In this document: piece by piece, positions 1-9,237 of the stretch
Numbering within the stretch: position 1 is the stretch's first letter
Layout: every line of letters starts with the position of its first letter
From: Octopus sinensis
Taxonomy: Eukaryota
NCBI RefSeq assembly: GCF_006345805.1
Contig: NW_021824976.1
Coordinates: 1-17,134 of the forward strand
Reading direction: 5' to 3'
DNA length: 17,134 nucleotides
Made by a program: the position numbers and the translations under genes
The notes under the pieces: generated by a model
What the model saw: only the letters and a program-made list of their open reading frames with translations
What the model was told of the DNA's origin: nothing
Database searches by the model: none

Positions 1-63
1 TTTTGATGCACATATTAATATTGAATTTTGTATTATATTAGATCCATTAAATGTGTATGTAAA
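1..63 (+). pseudogene. Host Helitron Rep fragment 1 (approach to HUH motif 3)
   Basis: Reads FDAHINIEFC from base 2, then after a 1-nt frameshift RSIKCVCK (AAA = 61-63). It continues as YINKGSD at 2792. Confidence 0.85.
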
Positions 64-84
64 TCTTAATAATAAAATGGTATG

Positions 85-113
85 GTGTGTGTCTGTCTGT
101 CTGTCTGTGTGTG
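85..113. repeat. (GT)n/(CTGT)n microsatellite near the Helitron 5' end
   Basis: gtgtgtgtctgtctgtctgtctgtgtgtg; simple repeats at this position are common in non-autonomous Helitrons. Confidence 0.85.
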
Positions 114-134
114 CACACCAACTTCAAATTGGCA

Positions 135-1310
135 ATACGATGTCCTCGACTTACATGATGAGGTCCTTAAAACCTTCCCCCCAAAAAAAATTTAAAAAAA
201 ATTTTCTGCATTTTGGTTAAAATGAACAACTACAATGTCCTCGACTTACATGATGAAGTCCTTAAAACCTTCCCCCCAAAAAAAAATTAAAAAAAAATTT
301 TCTGCATTTTGGTTAAAATGAACAACTACAATGTCCTCGACTTACATGATGAAGTCCTTAAAACCTTCCCCCCAAAAAAAATTTAAAAAAAATTTTCTGC
401 ATTTTGGTTAAAATGAACAACTACAATGTCCTCGACTTACATGATGAAGTCCTTAAAACCTTCCCCCCAAAAAAAATTAAAAAAAATTTTCTGCATTTTG
501 GTTAAAATGAACAACTACAATGTCCTCGACTTACATGATGAAGTCCTTAAAACCTTCCCCCCAAAAAAAATTTAAAAAAAATTTTCTGCATTTTGGTTAA
601 AATGAACAACTACAATGTCCTCGACTTACATGATGAAGTCCTTAAAACCTTCCCCCCAAAAAAAATTAAAAAAAAATTTTCTGCATTTTGGTTAAAATGA
701 ACAACTACAATGTCCTCGACTTACATGATGAAGTCCTTAAAACCTTCCCCCCAAAAAAAAATTAAAAAAAAGTTTTCTGCATTTTGGTTAAAATGAACAA
801 CTACAATGTCCTCGACTTACATGATGAGGTCCTTAAAGCCTTCCCCCCAAAAAAAATAAAAAAAAAGTTTTCTGCATTTTGGTTAAAATGAACAACTACA
901 ATGTCCTGACTTACATGATGAAGTCCTTAAAACCTTCCCCCCAAAAAAAATTAAAAAAAAATTTCTGCATTTTGGTTAAAATGAACAACTACAATGTCCT
1001 CGACTTACATGATGAGGTCCTTAAAGCCTTCCCCCCAAAAAAAATAAAAAAAAAGTTTTCTGCATTTTGGTTAAAATGAACAACTACGATGTCCTCGACT
1101 TACATGATGAGGTCCTTAAAATCTTCCCGCCAAAAAATCAAAAAATTATTTTCTGCATTTGATTAAAATGAACAACTACGATGTCCTCGACTTACATGAT
1201 GAGGTCCTTAAAACCTTCCGCCAAAAAATCAAAAAAATATTTTCTGCATTTGATTAAAATGAACAACGTTAATGTCCTCGACATTCATGATGAGGTCCAT
1301 TAAAACCTTC
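135..1310 (+). repeat. Tandem repeat, 91-96 bp unit, about 13 copies
   Basis: AAAATGAACAAC recurs at 219, 315, 410, 504, 599, 694, 790, 885, 978, 1073, 1165 and 1256, plus a partial first copy from ~135. Length variation lies mainly in the A/C/T homopolymers. Confidence 0.97.
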
Positions 1311-1663
1311 GAGGCAAAAATCTCACGTATTAAGAATATCCTTGATGAAAACGACAGCGAGAATATTAACAATGATGAACTCCCAATTATTCGCGATAAA
1401 GAAATTCAATTCATCTATGTTTTTCTCTTAAAATTAATGCATATATCATTATCGACCATGAATCAAAATTAAAGCTATTATCATATTTGACTTTGACAGA
1501 ATGTGCAATTACAGATTGCACGACCTTGAATAGAGTGTGCAATTAACAGATTTTGAAAAACACTTTGATAGTTGAAACCACATTAGCACAATCATTAACA
1601 CAATTTACCACCAATTGACAGCGCAATCAGAAGAATTTGCGTAAAAATATTAACTATTTAGTT

Positions 1664-1899
1664 AAGTTTTTCGTAAAGATAGAATTTATTTTCGGTATGC
1701 CTCTTTTCCTAAACTTTTTTATTATTCAAAAATAATTTTTTCAATAGATAACCGAAGGAGGGAAGACGACCTTAAGAAAAGAAGTTTTTCGTAAAGATAG
1801 AATTTATTTTCTGTATGCCTCTTTTTTCCTAATTTTTTTATATTCAAAAATAATTTTTTAAATAGATAACCGAAGGAGGAAAAACGAAGCTGAAGAAAA
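1664..1899 (+). repeat. Two-copy tandem duplication, ~118 bp unit
   Basis: AAGTTTTTCGTAAAGATAGAATTTATTTTC...TAGATAACCGAAGGAGG starts at 1664 and again at 1782. Confidence 0.9.
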
Positions 1900-2214
1900 A
1901 ACGGTCAGCTTAATGAATTAATTAAATCTTTTTTGTGTGTCGCTTTTTTGGCTGCTGCTACTCTGCCTGCCGCATCTCCGCCAGTGGTTTGTCTAATCAA
2001 GGTCACTAAGCTAAATCTCCGGACTATAAAGGCTCTTAAGCATTATCTTAATTGGCTGTTAAAAAATTAGACTGGTTGTTGCCGTGGCGGCAGAGATTTT
2101 TTTTGTTTATACTATTTTACAAATTTTTAAAGTTTTTTTTTTGTTTTTTTTATTTTTAAATTATTCATTTTTATTTGTTTTCTTATTTTTTTTGTTATTT
2201 TCTAAAAATTCAAC

Positions 2215-2679
2215 CGGATTGAATTTTTAAACTCCTTAGATCCCTCTGGAATGCCGAATCATCTTTTAAAGTTAAAGATAGGCGTTCCAGTGGTTTTATT
2301 ACGAAATCTTGCGCCACCTAAATTATGCAACGGAACGAGGTTAGTTATCAAAAATTTGATGGCTAACTTAATAAAGGCGACGATATTAACAGGTAAGTAT
2401 AGAGGTGAGGATGTTTATATTCCACGAATTCCGATAATTTCTGATGAATTACCATTTAGATTTAAAAGGCTGCTTTCCTTTGAGGATGAGTTTTGCAATG
2501 ACAATAAACAAGGCCCAGGGACAGTCATTAAAGGTAGTTGGGTTATTTTTAGAGAGTGAGTGCTTTTCACATGGACAGCTGTATGTGGGATGCTCGAGGG
2601 TAGGCAGAAGAGAAAATTTATTCATATATGCCAGGAAGGACGGACGACAAACATCGTTTATCAACAGGCGATAGAATAG
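2215..2679 (+). pseudogene. Helitron PIF1-like helicase, C-terminal remnant with two frameshifts
   Basis: [37 protein letters not shown], then [33 protein letters not shown], then [13 protein letters not shown]. Frameshifts near 2473 and ~2632. Confidence 0.95.
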
Positions 2680-2791
2680 GGTTACATTAAACCAGGTAGT
2701 TTTATACATCTACATAAACTTATAGTTGTTTGATGAAACAGGCCCTCCGCAGGAGCTAGGTCGCGGTGAGCGAAGCGAGCTGCCGAGCTAG

Positions 2792-3111
2792 TACATTAAT
2801 AAAGGGTCGGATCAAGCAATTTTTACAATTGAGCAACATGACGAGCCAAGTTTTTTCCAGCATAGACGATTCATCTGCAGTAATAAAGGAACATGGAGAA
2901 TTTTTGGATATCCGATTTATGAAAGATAACCATTAGTAATGCATTTAGGGGTGCACCTGGAAAATGGGCAAAGAATATATTTTACAGAAGAAACTACCCG
3001 TAATCCAGTTATGAATCCAAGAAATTCAACGCTTATGACCTACTTTGAATTATGTCGGACAGATGAATTTGCGAAGAAAATTTATTACGTGGATGTTCCT
3101 ACTAGATATTA
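2792..3111 (+). pseudogene. Host Helitron Rep fragment 2
   Basis: YINKGSDQAIF..WRIFGYPIYER*PLVMHLGVHLENGQRIYFTEE..STLMTYFELC..DVPTRY. Confidence 0.92.
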
Positions 3112-3414
3112 TGTCACATGGGTGATCAGACCCCTATGGGCAACCTGGCCTTTACGTGTTTCCATGGCAACTACATAGCAAATATTTACTAAAAGGCCAA
3201 CTAATATAAAGTCAAACGATTCGAACTAATGATTGAACTTTAAATTTTTGAGAAAATGATGTTTTATATTTGAACCATGCTTGCTTTAAAATAGTAAAAT
3301 TATTTACAACATTAGCAAATTATAATGTGAATTATTTTTATTTTTGATAATATAAATTGCAACATTAGCAAATTATAATTTACATCAAATTTTTTGCAAA
3401 GTTTGTAACAACTT

Positions 3415-5831
3415 TAACTCTAACCTTAACCCAAACCCTAACGTTGGCAAGTGACAACATAAATATATTCAAAATCAACCCTACGTTGGCAAGTGACAAA
3501 TAAATATTCAAAATCTAACCCTAACGTTGGCAAGTGACAACTAAATATTCAAAATCTAACCCTAACCCTAACGTTGCGAGTAGTGACAACATAAATATTC
3601 AAAATCTAACCTTAACCCTAACGTTGGCAAGTGACAACATAAATATTCAAAATCTAACCCTAACCCTAACGTTGGCAAGTGACAACATAAATATTCAAAA
3701 TCTAACCCTAACCCTAACGTTGGCAAGTGACAACATAAATATTCAAAATCTAACCCTAACGTTGGCAAGTGACAACATAAATATTCAAAATCTAACCCTA
3801 ACCCTAACGTTGGCAAGTGACAACATAAATATTCAAAATCTAACCTTAACCCTAACGTTGGCAAGTGACAACATAAATATTCAAAATCTAACCCTAACGT
3901 TGGCAAGTGACAACATAAATATTCAAAATCTACCTAACCCTAACGTTGGCAAGTGACAACATAAATATTCAAAATCTAACCCTAACGTTGGCAAGTGACA
4001 ACATAAATATTCAAAATCTAACCCTAACGTTGGCAAGTGACAACATAAATATATTCAAAATCTAACCCTAACGTTGGCAAGTGACAACATAAATATTCAA
4101 AATCTAACCCTAACCCTAACGTTGGCAAGTGACAACATAAATATTCAAAATCTAACCCTAACCCTAACGTTGGCAAGTGACAACATAAATATATTCAAAA
4201 TCTAACCCTAACGTTGGCAAGTGACAACATAAATATTCAAAATCTAACCCTAACCCTAACGTTGGCAAGTGACAACATAAATATTCAAAATCTAACCCTA
4301 ACCCTAACGTTGGCAAGTGACAACATAAATATTCAAAATCTAACCCTAACGTTGGCAAGTGACAACATAAATATTCAAAATCTAACCCTAACCCTAACGT
4401 TGGCAAGTGACAACATAAATATATTCAAAATCTAACCCTAACGTTGGCAAGTGACAACATAAATATTCAAAATCTAACCCTAACGTTGGCAAGTGACAAC
4501 ATAAATATTCAAAATCTAACCCTAACGTTGGCAAGTGACAACATAAATATTCAAAATCTAACCCTAACGTTGGCAAGTGACAACATAAATATTCAAAATC
4601 TAACCCTAACGTTGGCAAGTGACAACATAAATATTCAAAATCTAACCCTAACCCTAACGTTGGCAAGTGACAACATAAATATTCAAAATCTAACCCTAAC
4701 GTTGGCAAGTGACAACATAAATATTCAAAATCTAACCCTAACGTTGGCAAGTGACAACATAAATATTCAAAATCTAACCCTAACGTTGGCAAGTGACAAC
4801 ATAAATATTCAAAATCTAACCCTAACGTTGGCAAGTGACCAACAAAATATTCAAAATCTAACCCTAACCCTAACGTTGGCAAGTGACAACATAAATATTC
4901 AAAATCTAACCTTAACCCTAACGTTGGCAAGTGACAACATAAATATTCAAAATCTAACCCTAACCCTAACGTTGGCAAGTGACAACATAAATATTCAAAA
5001 TAAACCCAAACCCTAACGTTGGCAAGTGACAACATAAATATATTCAAAATCTAACCCTAACGTTGGCAAGTGACAACATAAATATTCAAAATCTAACCCT
5101 AACCCTAACGTTGGCAAGTGACAACATAAATATTCAAAATCTAACCCTAACCCTAACGTTGGCAAGTGACAACATAAATATTCAAAATCTAACCCTAACG
5201 TTGGCAAGTGACAACATAAATATTCAAAATCTAACCTTAACCCTAACGTTGGCAAGTGACAACATAAATATTCAAAATCTAACCCTAACCCTAACGTTGG
5301 CAAGTGACAACATAAATATTCAAAATCTAACCCTAACGTTGGCAAGTGACAACATAAATATTCAAAATCTACCCTAACGTTGGCAAGTGACAACATAAAT
5401 ATATTCAAAATCTAACCCTAACGTTGGCAAGTGACAACATAAATATTCAAAATCTAACCCTAACCCTAACGTTGGCAAGTGACAACATAAATATATTCAA
5501 AATCTAACCTAACGTTGGCAAGTGACAACATAAATATTCAAAATCTAAAAACCCTAACGTTGGCAAGTGACAACATAAATATATTCAAAATCTAACCCTA
5601 ACGTTGGCAAGTGACAACATAAATATTCAAAATAACCCTAACGTTGGCAAGTGACAACATAATATTCAAAATCTAACCCTAACGTTGGCAAGTGACAACA
5701 TAAATATTCAAAATCTAACCCTAACGTTGGCAAGTGAACATAATATATTCAAAATCTAACCCTAACCCTAACGTTGGCAAGTGACAACATAAATATTCAA
5801 AATCTAACCCAAACCCTAACGTAACCCTAAC
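3415..5831 (+). repeat. Telomere-like minisatellite, 42/48-bp unit, 53 copies
   Basis: Unit AACGTTGGCAAGTGACAACATAAATATTCAAAATC(TAACCC)1-2T; 53 copies counted from 3441 to 5771. It is bordered by degenerate TAACCC runs (3415-3441, 5806-5831). The minus strand reads TTAGGG. Confidence 0.97.
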
Positions 5832-5879
5832 TCGAAATTAAATGATGTTTCTGCTGACGATTCTTCAGACATTTTTGAC

Positions 5880-6066
5880 AAAAATTGGAAGCCTTTTTGG
5901 CCAACCGGTGTTTGCTTCGAGCATTCATATCCTCCGGGAATATCCCGATTAACGCTTCCTTAATTTGATTGTATTCGTTAATATTTCTGACGTAACCCTT
6001 AAACCCAGACATCACAAAGTGTGAGTAACCACGCTGTTAAAATTAATATACTTTTGGGTAAGCCAT
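5880..6066 (-). pseudogene. Possible N-terminal remnant of a Ginger/Gypsy-type integrase
   Basis: EYNQIKEALIGIFPEDMNARSKHRLAKKASNF resembles the Y..I...L.G.YP......K..LR.KA..F region preceding the integrase zinc-binding domain. A candidate ATG at 6066 would need an 18-nt intron (6034-6051). Recognised by eye only. Confidence 0.45.
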
Positions 6067-6232
6067 TTTTAAAAGATAATTCAATGTAATTTTAATTAGA
6101 ATAATTGATTAATCTACACTCTTCCATATATAAATGCAATATTCAATATTTAATACCTTTTCTGCGGTTTCCATAGAAACACGTAAAAGGACTGGCTGCC
6201 CATAGCGACATAGTCGCCCATGTGACATATTA

Positions 6233-6784
6233 TACGTAGGATGTGGCCAGAAAGAAACTTTAAAGAAGGATAAGAAAAGAGCCAGTAAACGGTATTGTAA
6301 GTACGGATGCATTGGGTAGAGTATTATACCGTGCATCCGAATAATTTTGAATGTTATTTTGTTAAATTACTTTTGCACAAAATTCGAGGGCCAGAATTAT
6401 TTACTGATCTCCGGGCTGTCAATTGTGTACTCTGCAAAACATACAGAGAAGCCTGTTTTAAATTAGGTCTTTTAGATGATGACCACCACTGGAATCAGAC
6501 TTTAACAGAAGCCGCGATTGCAGATTCTCCATCGCGACTAAGGTATTTATATACTTTGATGCTAGCCCATTGTAGGTTAGAAAATCCTAAGTAATTGTGG
6601 GAAGGTCATCGAGAAAGCATGTGCGAAGATATATTAAGAGAGAAGAATAGATCAAGTTTTGATGAAGAGATTTTCAACATTTGATTAATCATGATAGACA
6701 GATTGTTAATATCTGTCGTAGGCAAGAGTGTAAGTGAATTTGGTTTTAAAAATCAGCGATATTCATAATATAAATACTTTAGAT
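6233..6784 (+). pseudogene. Host Helitron RepHel fragment 3
   Basis: DALGRV(frameshift)YTVHPNNFECYFVKLLLHKIRGP..TYREACFKLGLLDDDHHWNQTLTEA..NPK*LW. Confidence 0.92.
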
Positions 6785-7477
6785 CAGTGGTTCTTAACCT
6801 TTTTAAGTCAGCGCCCCCTTTTGACACAATTCGAAGCTTAAAATTTCAGCGCCCCCCTATTATTTAATTTATTTTTTTTCAATTATAGATTTATTTGGCA
6901 ATTTTTTCGCCAATTGTTTCATTTTAATATTTTCGAATATTACTTATTATTTTTTTAGAATTAAAAAGGGTATTCACAAACCAAACTTTTTTATATAAAA
7001 AAATTTTAGTGACTGCCTTGTGCTTGATGGGAATTTGTCAATCGTTTTATGTCAGCTTCAATAGTCGACAGACTTAGTCTCAAATCTCCTCTATTCACAT
7101 TTGTAATTTATTTCTTTTTTTGGTCAAAATATTAGAGACTGCACTAAATCCTCTTTCAAACTAGATGATGTTGAAGGAAATGCTATTATAAGTGTTTCAA
7201 TTTCATTCCACAATAAAGGATATTTTTCTATGAGTAACCCAGAATTGTTGATATCCATATTTGTTGAAAATGACTTTAGCTTCAAAGTCATATTTCAGAT
7301 TTAATAAATTTTCTGTTATTTCTTGAGATAAATTAACGTTTTCAGTTTCAAATGGATTATATACCAATCAAAAAAATTTAAATTTTCTAAATCTTCAAAG
7401 CGGATTTTCATGTCATCTTTTAACATTTTTAGATGCAAGCAAAAGCATTCACAGTCAGAATCCGTTAATTTTTCGAC

Positions 7478-7504
7478 CTAATAAATATTATTACAAAAAA
7501 TAAC
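7478..7504 (-). other. Predicted 27-nt GT-AG intron
   Basis: GTTATTTTTTGTAATAATATTTATTAG ends in an in-frame TAG. Removal gives QKFG|VEKLTDSD and the downstream HLKMLKDDMKIRFEDL. Confidence 0.7.
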
Positions 7505-7711
7505 CCCAAATTTTTGTAGATTTGGAAAATTAATAAAAATCTTTTTCTTAATATTGTTTTCATAAAGTTGTAATTTTTCAATAAAAGGCATAATAATTCC
7601 TTTTACATTTATTAAATTGATATTGTTTCCTTGCAAGCTAATATTTACTGGTTGATTTTATAAAAAATATCAGCTAGATAAGCTATATCAGCTTTCAATA
7701 AAATCAACTTA

Positions 7712-7735
7712 CTAAAATGATTAAGGAATAATTAC
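7712..7735 (-). other. Predicted 24-nt GT-AG intron
   Basis: GTAATTATTCCTTAATCATTTTAG contains an in-frame TAA. Removal gives QRIFS KLILLKADIAYLADIF. Confidence 0.72.
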
Positions 7736-9095
7736 CTAAAAATTCTCTGCTCATGTAACTGACAAAATTCTAAGATTGAATCATACATTCAAAAAATCGA
7801 CACAAACAGTTTCCTTTTGAAAGCCATCTAACATGGGTATGCAAAAGAAGTCGTCATAATGCTCATCGTTTTGTTCACAAATATGTCGAAATATTCTCGA
7901 ATTCAATGGGTGCATTTTAATACGATTTATTGCACATATGACAACATTTAGTGATTCATTCAGCCTCTCACTTAAATTTTTCGCAGCTAAATGCTGTCTG
8001 TGAATGACGCAATGGATTGTAAAATATTCGGTACTTTTTCCTTCATATATGCCAAAAACCCACGATGAACTCCAACCATCGCAGGTGCCCCATCTGTTGA
8101 ACAAGCAAAAAATTGCTAAGGGGTATTTCATGTTTCAAAAAATATTGTTCAACAGTTTTGAAAATTGTTAATCCTCTTGTATCGAGTTCAAGGTGTTCAG
8201 AAAATAAAAATTCTTCTTGAATTACATCATTTTGATTAATATAACGTACGTAAACTAATAAAAGTGCCAACACTATCGTTGAATGTCGATTCATCAATCT
8301 GAATTGAAAATTTTGTTGTTCTTAAAAATGCACATAGGGTTTCTTCGATATCAAATGCCATTCATCAATTCTGGAAGAAACAGAACTATTACTCAAAGGA
8401 ATTGATGAAATTATTTTTCAGAATCACAATCAACCATTGAATTTAACACTTCTTTGATAGCTGGTAATATTAATGACTCTCCAATAGTATGAGGTTTTCC
8501 TGATTTCGCTATCAATTGCGATATTTTGTATGATGCTAATAGGCCTTTTTCAAGCATCTTCGAAATTTTTTGTAAATAGTTGATTAATCATAAGACGATT
8601 TTCATAATTATTATTTCAGATTAGAAAAATAATTGATATCCGCATCAAGTTTGTCAGGATGACAAATCTTAAGATGATTTAGCATTCTTGAGGCTTCATT
8701 CCTTCATTTGTAAAGACCTTTTTACACATAAGACACATTGGAAGTGAATTGTTATGGTCGTAGGGTATCACTCCAAACTTTAGGTATTCATCCGAATATA
8801 TACGTCGTTTTACTTTTTATCAGACATCTATTAAAAATAATTAAAATATTTATTAAAAAGTTCTAAAATATTAAATACAATTAACAAATATTTATAAATA
8901 TTATCAGTGAATAATTTTTTTACGTACACACAGACAATTTGAATTTAGAATTAATAGAAAAGCACGTGATAATGATTTACAAAACTAATAAAATATTTAT
9001 AATAATTAAAAAAAATTAAAATTCCAGCGCCCCCTAATATGTTCCAGCGCCCCAGGGGGGCGCCAGCGCCCCCGTTAAGAATCACTGCTTTAGAT

Positions 9096-9237
9096 GAACA
9101 TTATAATTTAGAAGAACTCCGAACAATTGTGGAGGAAAGAGAACATAAATTATTAGCTGATCAGTTGGAAATATACAAAGAAATTAACCTAGTCATCCAA
9201 TAAGAAAATGGTTCTATCATTTTATTGATGCACCGGG
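9096..9237 (+). pseudogene. Host Helitron helicase fragment 4, up to Walker A
   Basis: EHYNLEELRTIVEEREHKLLADQLEIYKEI..GSIIFIDAPG. Confidence 0.88.

Larger units (their letters stand above)
64..2791 (+). mobile_element. Non-autonomous, internally deleted Helitron inserted into the host Helitron
   Basis: 5' TC at 64-65 follows A63. 3' CTAG at 2788-2791 is followed by T2792. A GC-rich hairpin with a GCGAAGC core lies at ~2763-2783. No TSD. Removing it gives AAA|TAC ATT AAT AAA GGG (K|YINKG). It carries a PIF1 C-terminal remnant. Confidence 0.93.
3112..6227 (-). mobile_element. Non-autonomous TIR element with TGT..ACA ends, probably Ginger-like (Gypsy-integrase-type DNA transposon)
   Basis: Imperfect ~60-bp TIRs at 3112-3171 and 6167-6227 (first 11 nt TGTCACATGGG identical; about 48/61 matches by hand). 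TATTA is duplicated at 3107-3111 and 6228-6232. The empty site restores host AGA TAT TAT ACG TAG (RYYT, W codon mutated). Boundaries are well supported; the superfamily is an inference. Confidence 0.8.
7006..8827 (-). pseudogene. Buster-type hAT transposase, full length but frameshifted, with two mini-introns
   Basis: YSDEYLKFG..PMCLMC..MKPSRMLNHLKICH (BED-like), KPHTIGESLILPA, IQIDEST, STDGAPAMVG, HCVIHRQHLAAK, VRWLSKG, DIAYLADIF, ERGFSAV, RGDLRLSLS..QAQGSH*. Confidence 0.92.
6785..9087 (-). mobile_element. hAT transposon, Buster/Charlie (ZBED5/SCAND3-like) group
   Basis: 14-bp TIRs CAGTGGTTCTTAAC / GTTAAGAATCACTG (1 mismatch). 8-bp TSD CTTTAGAT at 6777-6784 and 9088-9095, with the central TA typical of Buster elements. 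Subterminal CAGCGCCCCC motifs. Confidence 0.96.

Noticed and set aside
879-1079. 66-aa ORF in the 95-bp array
   Set aside because: It is a chance read-through created by small deletions in two units.
3534-5408. Long ORFs on both strands (LTLTLASDNINIQN and LDFEYLCCHLPTLG repeats)
   Set aside because: They are artefacts of 42/48-bp units, which are multiples of three. They break wherever a 44-bp or deleted unit occurs, and both strands are open.
3441-5831. CRISPR-like array
   Set aside because: There are no unique spacers, only a variable hexamer count. No cas genes are present and the context is eukaryotic.
3415-5831. True telomere or chromosome end
   Set aside because: The array is internal, never has more than short hexamer runs, and is enclosed by TIRs with a TSD inside a Helitron.
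3107-6232. LTR retrotransposon or solo LTR (TG..CA with 5-bp TSD)
   Set aside because: The ends are 60-bp inverted repeats rather than direct repeats, and I see no PBS, PPT or gag/pol. A solo LTR cannot be formally excluded without a search.
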